Shown here: piece by piece, positions 15,901 to 24,359 of the stretch
Position numbering within the stretch: position 1 is the first letter of the stretch
How the letters are laid out: each line of letters begins with the position of its first letter
Source of the DNA: Chthoniobacterales bacterium
Lineage (GTDB): Bacteria; Verrucomicrobiota; Verrucomicrobiia; Chthoniobacterales; UBA10450
DNA: 30,023 nucleotides
Assembly (NCBI GenBank): GCA_050997075.1
Contig: JBPCRH010000039.1
Location: 1 to 30,023 of the forward strand
Reading direction: 5' to 3'
The notes under the pieces: model-generated
What the model was told of the DNA's origin: nothing
The model's input: the letters and a program-made list of their open reading frames with translations, nothing else
Databases searched by the model: none
Made by a program: the position numbers and the translations under genes

Positions 15901-18410
15901 GTCTTCCACGGCTGCGTCAGCCGCGGCGGGAAAGCGGGAGTAAAAAGCTCTTCGTCCAGCGAGAGATTCGGGTTGTAAAACGGGTCCGCGCGCAGAGTCT
16001 CGCCCCACTTCGCGTTCATGTATGCCACCTCCGCGAGAAAACGCGCCTGCTTCTCCCCCGTGTCTTCGAGACCGCGGCTGGCGGATTCATGATGGACCAG
16101 CTCGGCATGCGGCGTCCAGACGATCGCGAAGCCCGCCGCACGCAGCCGGAGGCAGAAATCGATGTCGTTGAAGGCAACCGCGAGGTGTTCCTGATCGAGC
16201 CCGCCGACTTCCAGATAAAGTTCCCGCCTAACGACTGCGCAAGCGGCCGTGACCGCGGAGAAATTCTGCGTCAGATGCGCGCGCGCGAAATAGCCGTCTT
16301 CCTCCCGCACGCCAAGATGGGCGTGGCCGGCGATGCCGCCGACGCCGAGGATGACGCCGCCATGTTGCAGCGTCCCGTCCGGATACCGGAGCCGCGCGCC
16401 GACCATCCCGACTTCCGGTCGGACCGCATGGCTCACCATCTCGCTCAGCCATTCTGCATTTTTCACCTCGATGTCGTTGTTGAGGAGGGCAACGAGCGAG
16501 CCGCGGGCGAGGGCGACGCCGAGGTTGTTCAGCCGGCTATAATTGAATGCGCCCTCGACCCGTTCCACCCGCACCCTCCCGCCTAACGAATCCAGATAGG
16601 CGAGCGTCTCCGGCTCGCGGCTCTCGTTGTCGAGCACGAGCACTTCAAAATTTTCGTAAACGGTTCGCGCGAAAATGCTCTCGATACATGCGCGCAGGAG
16701 CGCCATCCGATCGCGCGTCGGGATCAGAATCGAGACCAGCGGAGCCGGCGCCGGCAGCGGATATTTCACGCGCTGATAAATCCGATGATGGGGCACGACC
16801 AGGCCGCCGGTTCCGCGCCGGTCGAGATGTTCCTGGACGGCGCGGATGGCGGCGTTATGCGCATACGGTTTCGCGCGCAAGTCCGTGGCGGTGCTCTCCT
16901 CCGTCATCCGCCAATGATAAAGCACCCGCGAAATGTGGCCGATCTGCTCTGGCTCGATCTGCTCGAGGACGCGCAAAGCGAGATCGTAATCCTGCGAGCA
17001 TTCAAAACCTTCACGAAAGCCACCGATTCGCCTAACCAGCTCGCGCTCATGGACGACGAGGTGGCCAAAAAAATTCTGCCCGAGGAAAAGCTCGGGGTTC
17101 CAGTCGGATTTAAAATAGGGATCGCAACGCCGGCCGCGCGGGTCGAGCTTATCCTCGTCGCTGTAGAGCAGGCGGAGCGCACAATTTTCCCGCAGGGCAA
17201 GAGCGACGAAATAGAGCGCGGCCGGCGCAAGCTCATCGTCGTGATCGAGCAGGGCGATGAACTTTCCCTGCGCGAGCGCAAGGGCCTCATTCGAGGCGGC
17301 GGCGATCTGGCCGTTCGCCTTCCGGCGGAGCAGGCGGATGCGCGCATCGCGCCGGGCAAACTTCTGCAGAAGCGGCCAGATGCCGGGGCGGCTCGAGGCA
17401 TCGTCGGCGATGCAAAGTTCCCAATGCGGATAGAGCTGCGCTTGCGCCGAGCGAACGGCGCGACGGAGCCAGCGCGGGTCCGGGTTGTAAACGGGGAGGA
17501 GGATGGAGATGAGCGGCGGATCCTCCCAACGGGCGATCTGCCCAGCAATGGCGCGGCGATCCTCGCGGGTGAGCTGGTCGTAGCGGCGAATCCAATAGGC
17601 GTAATCGCCGATCGTTTCCCCCCCGTCGCCTTCGCGCCAGAGCGGTCCGCGCACTGGATGCGTGAAGAACTTTTCCCACTCGCCCGCGCCGCTCCGCACT
17701 TCGAGGAAAAGTTGGGCGCGGCCAGGCGGCGCCACGATGTCGATGGTGAATCCGCTCACGAGCGCGCCCGGCCGATCGGGGAAAAGCATCGCGATATCGG
17801 GTCGGACCAGCCCGAAGCGGCCGGCAAATTCCTTCCGCCGCAGCCGCGCCCGCACCGCCGTGAGAGGTTCCCCCGCCGTCGCGAGACACCAGCCGGAGAG
17901 GCGGAGATGGCGCCGCCGCACCGACCAGTCGGCGGGCCGGTCGAGCCAGAAATCGATCCGCGAGCTGGCCGCAGGATTCGGGATGAAATATTTCGGGTCC
18001 TGCGGTGGCGCCGGCTTTTCGTTAGGCGCGCCGATCCAACTGCGGCAGTCGATCGGCTGCCACGTTCCCGGTCCATCCCTGATCTCGACCAGCACATCGG
18101 ATGGGCCCGCGGGCAGCGGCACGGCGACGGCGAAGCCCACGCGCTCCGCGCCTGGGCCGAGATCGTGCGCGCAGGCGACATCCTTGCGTTCACTGCCGTA
18201 ATTGCCCGGAAAAACGCGCCGCCCGATCCGCGCCCGAATCTCGTGAATCCTTGCGCCCTCCTTGCGAGGGAGGCACCAACCCTGGAGATAGAGCGTGTGG
18301 CGCGGCGCGCTCGTTTCCGGCGGATGATCGAACCACCAACGATAACGCTTCTTCGTCCGCTTAATCTGGTTCGCCAGCGAGAGGGCGGGCGCTGCCGAAA
18401 AAAACCTCAT
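15897..18410 (-). CDS. Glycosyltransferase family 2 with two N-terminal RPDV modules and two GT-A domains
   Basis: ISILLPVYN/CIADDAS/LLDHDD in domain 1 and SILIPTRD/VLDNES/LLNNDIE/HHESASRG in domain 2. ATG 18410 preferred over TTG 18434. Confidence 0.92.
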   Translation of the reverse strand: MRFFSAAPALSLANQIKRTKKRYRWWFDHPPETSAPRHTLYLQGWCLPRKEGARIHEIRARIGRRVFPGNYGSERKDVACAHDLGPGAERVGFAVAVPLPAGPSDVLVEIRDGPGTWQPIDCRSWIGAPNEKPAPPQDPKYFIPNPAASSRIDFWLDRPADWSVRRRHLRLSGWCLATAGEPLTAVRARLRRKEFAGRFGLVRPDIAMLFPDRPGALVSGFTIDIVAPPGRAQLFLEVRSGAGEWEKFFTHPVRGPLWREGDGGETIGDYAYWIRRYDQLTREDRRAIAGQIARWEDPPLISILLPVYNPDPRWLRRAVRSAQAQLYPHWELCIADDASSRPGIWPLLQKFARRDARIRLLRRKANGQIAAASNEALALAQGKFIALLDHDDELAPAALYFVALALRENCALRLLYSDEDKLDPRGRRCDPYFKSDWNPELFLGQNFFGHLVVHERELVRRIGGFREGFECSQDYDLALRVLEQIEPEQIGHISRVLYHWRMTEESTATDLRAKPYAHNAAIRAVQEHLDRRGTGGLVVPHHRIYQRVKYPLPAPAPLVSILIPTRDRMALLRACIESIFARTVYENFEVLVLDNESREPETLAYLDSLGGRVRVERVEGAFNYSRLNNLGVALARGSLVALLNNDIEVKNAEWLSEMVSHAVRPEVGMVGARLRYPDGTLQHGGVILGVGGIAGHAHLGVREEDGYFARAHLTQNFSAVTAACAVVRRELYLEVGGLDQEHLAVAFNDIDFCLRLRAAGFAIVWTPHAELVHHESASRGLEDTGEKQARFLAEVAYMNAKWGETLRADPFYNPNLSLDEELFTPAFPPRLTQPWKT

Positions 18411-18528
18411 CGCGCCCTCGACCGGGCGCTGCAAGCGATCCTGCGCAGCGCTCGTGCTTTTCGGCTCCAGCTTCTCCGGGCCTCGAGCCCGCGGTCAAAA
18501 TCGTGCGTTGGCATGGCGTGGTGAAAAC

Positions 18529-21015
18529 TTAGGGTAAAGAATCGGTCGCGCGCAGAAAACGAATCCCGTTCTGCACGCGAAACTCGGCAAAGCCGGGAAT
18601 GTTCGTCTTCTTCTCCGAGGTCATTATTTCCAGAAGATAGCGCACGCCGAGCCGGCGGATGAAGTCGTTCCCGACCGGAAGACGGACGGAGTAGCTGTCG
18701 GGCGAGATCAACTCGAAGCTGGGCGTCGCTGTCGATTCGGGGAGAAAGGAGATGTGCGCGTAGCGCTCGTGCACCGCGCGATATTTCCCCGCGGGATCGA
18801 GCAAGCGCAGCAGCTCCGGGTCGGGCGTGATGCGGACGCCCCCGAGCACGTGTGCGCCGGTCGATTTGGCGAACTGCGCGATCAGGTTGCTCCGACCCGG
18901 AGGCCCGAGGACGAGCCAGGCGGCTTGCGGATCGGTGCGCTCGAGGGACCGGATGTTTTGCCAAAGCGGGCTCTGCGCAAAAGCAGGCAGGCCGCGGCTG
19001 ACGGGATTGACGAGGCCGTAAGCGCAAAGCAAAGGCGCGAGCAGAAGGAGCCCGGCGATCCCCCGCTGCCGTTGCCAGATGAGGAGAAAGAGAAGCGCAA
19101 AATAGAGACTAACGACCACGACCGCGCCGCGGCTGAGGTAATGCTCGACGCGCAGGTTCGCCCGGAAAAATATCCAGCCGAGCACGAGCGCGAGGATGGC
19201 GAAAGCGGCAAACGACGGGCGCACGAAGGGGAGTCTCACCGGGTTCTCCCGCGCGAGATAGCGGACGATCCCGATGAAGCTTGCGATTCCCACCCCGATG
19301 ATCCCGCGCGTCGGCATGACGAGCGCGAGGCCCGTCCAGCGCGCGACCGCTTCGGGCAGTCCGATGGACATGAAAACGACGAGGAAGACGGCCGAAGCCG
19401 CGGGCGCGATCAGCAAAGGATCGAACTTCCGGCGGCAGGCGTCCCGCACGACGAGCGCGAGCACGAGCGGCAGAAAGAAAAGATAACCGGAAGCTTCACA
19501 GGCATTGTACATGTGCGGGGGAAAATCTTCCTCGGTCATTCCGAATTCGAGGAAGGGCGCGGCAAACCAGAACCAGGGAAAGGTGCCGCCGGTGTAGAGC
19601 AAACGTCCGGGATAAATCAGTCCGTGAATCGTGATGAGGAGGGCGCGGACTTCGCCGAACCAAACCCACAAAATCAGGCCGGCCACGAGCAGCGTTCCCC
19701 CGATCAACGTGACCCGAGCGAGGTGCGTGTAAACCTGGGGGAGGCCGCGCCGGAAAGAACGGAGGGCGATGGCGACAAGGAGGAAGAGCGCGAGGTGAAG
19801 AAGCGGAATCTGAAAACGCGGGTAACAACAGAAAGTGAACTGGACGATCGCGAAGAGGAGAACGATGCCGGCGCCGAGCGCAGCGCGATGCGAGGCAGCG
19901 CGGAGAAGGAGCGCGCCCGACCATAGCCCGAAGAAAAACATCGCCAGCATCTCCGGCATCATCGTCGGACTGCTGAACCACCATTGGGTGAAGCCGGAAA
20001 ATAGAACGAAGCCCGCGCCGGCGAGAGCGAGACCGCGCTGGCCGCGCGTGATGAGGTCGAAAAAGAGAAATGCCCCGAGGAGGAGCGCGAACCATTTGAA
20101 GTTCCAATAGAAAGCGAAGGCCTGCCCGAACGGGAGAAAGAAGAACCCGAGATATTGCGGACGAAAAATGATCGACCAATGGCGCACCGGCAGGGAGGTG
20201 ATGAGCGGCGCGCGCCCTTCGCCAACGTCGGGGTTGACCACGGGCAGACTCGGTTCCTGGTAATACTGGGAAGCCAGCCAGGGCGTGTGTACGAGCCATT
20301 CATCGGAGCGGATGTGCTGCGGCTCACCCAGAAGCACACCGGCCGCGGGACTTTCATGCGCGCTCATGAGTTGCCAGAGCGCGGACGAGCTTCCGTTCAA
20401 GCCCGCGAAGCTGCTGGCGAAGTAGAGGAGCGCGAGCAGCCCAACGATCCAGGCCCGCGCGGGCAGCGCGAAGCCCGAGGAGCTGCGCGCCTGCGTGAGG
20501 GTCCAGATGAGCGCCGCGCTGACCAGCCCGAGGAGGAGGGGAAGAAGAAAAGCGAAGAGCGAGGCGGCCGGACTCCGATGGATCGTGCTCTTGGGCCGAA
20601 TCCGCAGATCGGTCGGTTGAAATGGTGAAGCGCGAAGAATCCCGACATCGCTTTGCGTCCGCGCCAGTGCGGAGATTCCCGCGAAGGGGCGCAGCCGATC
20701 GAGTGCGATCGGCGCGCTCCGGCCGCCCCATCGTTCGATCGTTATCTGGCGCACGCGATAGGCGCTGCTTCCGTCCCACTGTTGCAGCCGAAAACTGCGG
20801 AGCGCTTTCTCCTCAATCGGGAAACGGACGCTCTGGAACGTGGGTTTGCCGGCCAGGTTGCGCGAAATCCGGCCGTGCTCGGAGACACGACTCCCGCCCT
20901 CGTAGAACAGGATGAAACGCGCAGGATGCTCGCTCAGGATTTCCAAGCGGATCGCGAGAGGCGCCGGATGCCACGGAAATTCCAGCAGAAAAAGCAACGC
21001 ACAGGCCGCGGCCAA
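18529..21015 (-). CDS. Large polytopic membrane protein, probable GT-C-like glycan-transfer/modification enzyme; start may be 21015 (TTG) or 21051 (CTG)
   Basis: More than 10 hydrophobic segments, an RSDEW acidic motif in the first large loop, a soluble N-terminal beta-rich domain and a soluble C-terminal domain. Confidence 0.75.
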   Translation of the reverse strand: MAAACALLFLLEFPWHPAPLAIRLEILSEHPARFILFYEGGSRVSEHGRISRNLAGKPTFQSVRFPIEEKALRSFRLQQWDGSSAYRVRQITIERWGGRSAPIALDRLRPFAGISALARTQSDVGILRASPFQPTDLRIRPKSTIHRSPAASLFAFLLPLLLGLVSAALIWTLTQARSSSGFALPARAWIVGLLALLYFASSFAGLNGSSSALWQLMSAHESPAAGVLLGEPQHIRSDEWLVHTPWLASQYYQEPSLPVVNPDVGEGRAPLITSLPVRHWSIIFRPQYLGFFFLPFGQAFAFYWNFKWFALLLGAFLFFDLITRGQRGLALAGAGFVLFSGFTQWWFSSPTMMPEMLAMFFFGLWSGALLLRAASHRAALGAGIVLLFAIVQFTFCCYPRFQIPLLHLALFLLVAIALRSFRRGLPQVYTHLARVTLIGGTLLVAGLILWVWFGEVRALLITIHGLIYPGRLLYTGGTFPWFWFAAPFLEFGMTEEDFPPHMYNACEASGYLFFLPLVLALVVRDACRRKFDPLLIAPAASAVFLVVFMSIGLPEAVARWTGLALVMPTRGIIGVGIASFIGIVRYLARENPVRLPFVRPSFAAFAILALVLGWIFFRANLRVEHYLSRGAVVVVSLYFALLFLLIWQRQRGIAGLLLLAPLLCAYGLVNPVSRGLPAFAQSPLWQNIRSLERTDPQAAWLVLGPPGRSNLIAQFAKSTGAHVLGGVRITPDPELLRLLDPAGKYRAVHERYAHISFLPESTATPSFELISPDSYSVRLPVGNDFIRRLGVRYLLEIMTSEKKTNIPGFAEFRVQNGIRFLRATDSLP

Positions 21016-21047
21016 ACTCCCGCGTGAGATCGTGGCGCGGTCCGGCT

Positions 21048-21650
21048 TCAGGATCTCTCGATCGACCGTTCGAGCCAGTTATTCAACTGGCGGCGCCAGT
21101 TGCGCTTTTGCTTTTCGTTAGGCCGACGGGCCACGAGGACGGAGTCATGCCATTTGTTGCTCTCCTCGTCGAAGTCCTGGAGGTCGTCCCATTGCGTCCA
21201 GGCTTCGAGCGTCTCGAGCCCACCGTAACGCGCCGCCGCGCGCAAGCCGTCGGGATAAAACCGCCAACAATCGACCGGATAGCGATGCTCCGGGCCGCTC
21301 GATGGCGCGACGATGCAGCAAAGACCGCCCGGTCTTAATGCGTGACAAATCTCGCGCATCGTTAGCCAGAAAAATTCCGTGTGCTCAAACGTCTGGCCGG
21401 AAACGATCACATCGGCGCTTCCGCTTCGGATTTCCCGCCAGCGATAGGGTTCGCGCAGGACGATGTCGACATTCGGGCCCGCGGCCATGTCGATCCCGAG
21501 GTAGCGCCATGGTTTGCGATCGAAAAGCGGGCGATAGGAGCCGTTAAAATCCTGGCTGCCGAGGTCGAGAATGACGAGCGGTTCGGCCGCCCGGTCGCCG
21601 AGATATTTCTGGGCGAAGGCGGCCATCTTCTCGAACGAGCTCGGATGCAT
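21048..21650 (-). CDS. Class I SAM-dependent methyltransferase (Methyltransf_11-like)
   Basis: ILDLGSQDFNGSY, GIDMAAGPNVD, SGQTFEH, LRPGG and HRYPVDCWRF motifs. Confidence 0.9.
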   Translation of the reverse strand: MHPSSFEKMAAFAQKYLGDRAAEPLVILDLGSQDFNGSYRPLFDRKPWRYLGIDMAAGPNVDIVLREPYRWREIRSGSADVIVSGQTFEHTEFFWLTMREICHALRPGGLCCIVAPSSGPEHRYPVDCWRFYPDGLRAAARYGGLETLEAWTQWDDLQDFDEESNKWHDSVLVARRPNEKQKRNWRRQLNNWLERSIERS

Positions 21651-21706
21651 CGGCGCTACTCAACCGTTCGCGGGGGCTTTGTGCAATCTGCGGGTGGTCC
21701 CCGAGT

Positions 21707-21797
21707 TGTAGACGCCTCCCTCTGGGAGGCGCGAGGGTGAGGTCGCTATCTGGATCGGGCGCCAACGCTAGCGCTTCGCAGAGAGAAGCGTCTGCAG
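21707..21797. repeat. REPIN of REP family C, variant arms
   Basis: TGTAGA-CGCCTCCC-TCT-GGGAGGCG (21707-21731) and inverted CGCTTCGCAGAGAGAAGCGTCTGCAG (21772-21797). Confidence 0.8.
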
Positions 21798-21881
21798 GTC
21801 TGTTGTTCGCGAAGACTGACGGGTGGGATCTGGGTTGAACGGTTTTTGGAGACAGGATTAACGGGATTCACAAGAACAGAC

Positions 21882-22360
21882 TCAGAGATTTGCTTTGCGG
21901 AGAACTTCGGCGAAGGCCGGGTCGTCGTGGAGGTTCTGGAAAGGGTATCTCCCTTCATTGAGACGGTCAGAAAATCACGCTCATCGACCGCCCTGTTCAG
22001 ATATCTAATTGCCCAGTGCGTTATTTATGATCGCGAAATTATACGGTGATACGTAAAGCCGGCTCGCCGCCTCCTTTAGTTCCGCATGGATGGCAACGGC
22101 CTCGGAGGTTTGCCCGGCTCGCGCCAGGACGGCGGCGAGGTTTGCCTTCATATAGAGGCTCTCGTTCGATGTCGCATAAGCCATCCGGGCGGATTCGATG
22201 GCGCCCTTGAAGTCGAGCTTTAGCAGCTGCGCGGCTGCGATAATGATGGGCAAACGCGAAGCGTCGATCCATGGCAAGGACCTCATCGATTATCTCCAAC
22301 GCCTTGTCCTGCTGGCCCGAGCGCAGATACGGGAGGGCGAGAGCAGCGGAAGCCCTAAAG
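21882..22360 (-). pseudogene. C-terminal TPR region of a kinase/adenylate-cyclase-type TPR protein, degraded
   Basis: Fragments across several frames: YLRSGQQDKALEIIDEVLAMD / KLDFKGAIES...ANLAAVLARAG...YVSPYNFAII..LGN* / YLNRAVDERD..MKGD / FQNLHDDPAFAEVLRKANL*. At least three lesions; the 5' boundary is approximate. Confidence 0.75.
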
Positions 22361-22561
22361 CCGGCTACCCCTTCGTGTAGGCTGGGATGATGGCGCGTTT
22401 GATTTTTCAATCACTCGACGTGGCCCCAAACTCGCTGACTCTGCTGCGGTGGCGCAATTTTGGCGAGGCAGGCGAAAATCGCCGGAAGGTTTCTTGCAAG
22501 CTGCGGTTCGGTTCTCATCTTAAGATAAGGTGCGTCCGTTTTCTTCACATCAGCGCGCTGC

Positions 22562-23683
22562 ATGAGAATCACCATCGTCACCGGCGCGTTTTTCCCGGTC
22601 CCCGCGCTCATGGGCGGCGCGGTCGAGAAAGTCTGGTTCACGCTCGGTCAAGAATTCGTTAGGCGTGGGCACCAGGTCACGCACATCTCACGAGCGCATC
22701 CGGAGCTGGCGGCGGCGGAAGAAATCGCCGGGGTGCAACATCGCCGCGTGCGCGGTTACGCCCAGCCGCGCGCGATCGTTAGGCTGAAGTTACTCGACCT
22801 GTTTTATTCGCTCCGGGTGCGCCGGATTTTGCCGGCCGCCGATATTTTGGTGACCAACACTTTCTGGCTGCCGATGCTCGTGCGCGGAAGGCAGCGCGGC
22901 TTGGTTTACGTGCACGTGCAGCGGGGGCCGAAGGGACAGATGCGCTGGTATGCGCATGTCGCGCGACTCTGTGCGGTCTCGCGAGCGATCGCGGACGACA
23001 TCGTCGCGGAAGCGCCGCAGCTCCGCGAAAAAGTGCGGGTGTTGCCGAACGCGCTCCCCTTTCGAATCGATCGCACGCCGAGCGCGACGCGGGAGAAGAC
23101 GCTGCTCTTCGTCGGTCGAGTGCACCCCGAAAAAGGGATCGAACTCTTCCTGTGCGCGCTCGCGGAATTGCCGCCGCCGGTGCTCGAGGGCTGGGCCGTA
23201 AAAATCGTCGGCCCGCATGAGACCGCGCTCGGCGGGGGCGGCGAAGATTTTCGACGCGAGATGCAGTCTTTAGGCGAGCGGAGCGGCGCGCCGCTCGAGT
23301 GGGTCGGGAAGATTTTCGATCCGGCCGCGCTCACCGCGCAATACCGCGCAGCGCAGTTGTTCATCTATCCGTCGATCGCGGAGACGGGCGAGGCGTTGCC
23401 GGTCGCGCCGCTCGAGGCGATGGCGAATGGCTGCGCACCGATTGTTTCCGGTCTTGCCTGTTTTCGCGATTACATTGCGGACAACGTGAACGGGTTTGTC
23501 TTCGATCATCGCGCGCCGGAGCCGGCGAAAGCCCTCGCCGCGCGGCTCACGCAGGTGCTGCGCTTGCCCGCGGACGAAGTGCGTCGAATCGGCGAGGCGG
23601 CGCAGGCGACGGCCGAGGAATTCTCGGTCGAAAATGTGGCCTCGCGTTATCTGGAAGACTTCGCGAGTCTCCTCGGAAAATGA
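22562..23683 (+). CDS. Glycosyltransferase family 4 (GT-B)
   Basis: GGAVEKVW, LFVGRVHPEKG and GEALPVAPLEAMANGC motifs. Confidence 0.92.
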   Translation: MRITIVTGAFFPVPALMGGAVEKVWFTLGQEFVRRGHQVTHISRAHPELAAAEEIAGVQHRRVRGYAQPRAIVRLKLLDLFYSLRVRRILPAADILVTNTFWLPMLVRGRQRGLVYVHVQRGPKGQMRWYAHVARLCAVSRAIADDIVAEAPQLREKVRVLPNALPFRIDRTPSATREKTLLFVGRVHPEKGIELFLCALAELPPPVLEGWAVKIVGPHETALGGGGEDFRREMQSLGERSGAPLEWVGKIFDPAALTAQYRAAQLFIYPSIAETGEALPVAPLEAMANGCAPIVSGLACFRDYIADNVNGFVFDHRAPEPAKALAARLTQVLRLPADEVRRIGEAAQATAEEFSVENVASRYLEDFASLLGK

Positions 23684-24243
23684 CCGCGCCGCTCCAACCT
23701 GTCGATCCGGCGCAGAACTCGCCCTACGCGTCGCCGTGGTCGAGTTCGGAGCGGGCACTGCGCGTTCTTTGGGAATTTTGCTGGGCGGTTTTTTGTTCCT
23801 GGACGCCGAAACCGCTGAACCCGTGGCGGCTTTTCTTGCTGCGCACGTTCGACGCGAAAATTCACGGGATGCCGTTTGTGCATCAGCGCGCGCGGATCGC
23901 GATTCCCTGGAACCTGACGATGCACGACCGCGCCAGCCTGGGCGATCGGGCGAATGCCTATTCGTTAGGCGAAATCGAAATCGGCCCACGCGCGATCGTC
24001 GCCCAGGAAGTTTATTTGAGCTCGGGGAGTCACGACTTTTCCCAACCCGCCTGTCCGCTGGTGGTCGCGAAAATCACGATCGGGGAGGAAGCGTTTATCG
24101 GCGCGCGGGCGTTCGTGATGCCGGGCGTGACGATCGGGGCGCGGGCGCTCGTAGGCGCCTGCTCGGTCGTGACCAAGGATCTGCCGAGTGATGTCGTGGC
24201 CGCGGGCAATCCCTGCCGCGTGTTGCGTCCGCGCGGGCTGTAG
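23680..24243 (+). CDS. wcaF: WcaF-like polysaccharide O-acetyltransferase (left-handed beta-helix)
   Basis: WTPKPLNPWRLFLLRTF, PWNLTM, SSGSHDFS, hexapeptide repeats and VAAGNPCR. ATGA overlap with the GT4 gene. Confidence 0.85.
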   Translation: MTAPLQPVDPAQNSPYASPWSSSERALRVLWEFCWAVFCSWTPKPLNPWRLFLLRTFDAKIHGMPFVHQRARIAIPWNLTMHDRASLGDRANAYSLGEIEIGPRAIVAQEVYLSSGSHDFSQPACPLVVAKITIGEEAFIGARAFVMPGVTIGARALVGACSVVTKDLPSDVVAAGNPCRVLRPRGL

Positions 24244-24326
24244 ACGCTTCGCTCTGCGAAGCGCGGGAGGAGCGTATGCGGGCGGACGGCGTCGATCCCG
24301 CGTTTCGCAGAGCGAAACGTCTACAG
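24238..24326. repeat. REPIN of REP family C
   Basis: CTGTAGACGCTTCGCTCTGCGAAGCG (24238-24263) and inverted CGTTTCGCAGAGCGAAACGTCTACAG (24301-24326). Supplies the TAG stop of the wcaF-like gene. Confidence 0.9.
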
Positions 24327-24359
24327 TAGCAGCAGCATTCGCCAGGGTTACGCGCGAGG

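Noticed and set aside
16785-18524. 579-aa plus-strand ORF and other long antisense ORFs (26450-27718, 28807-29934, 263-988, 2959-3741)
   Set aside because: They are shadows of well-supported genes on the opposite strand, common in GC-rich DNA, with no recognisable motifs.
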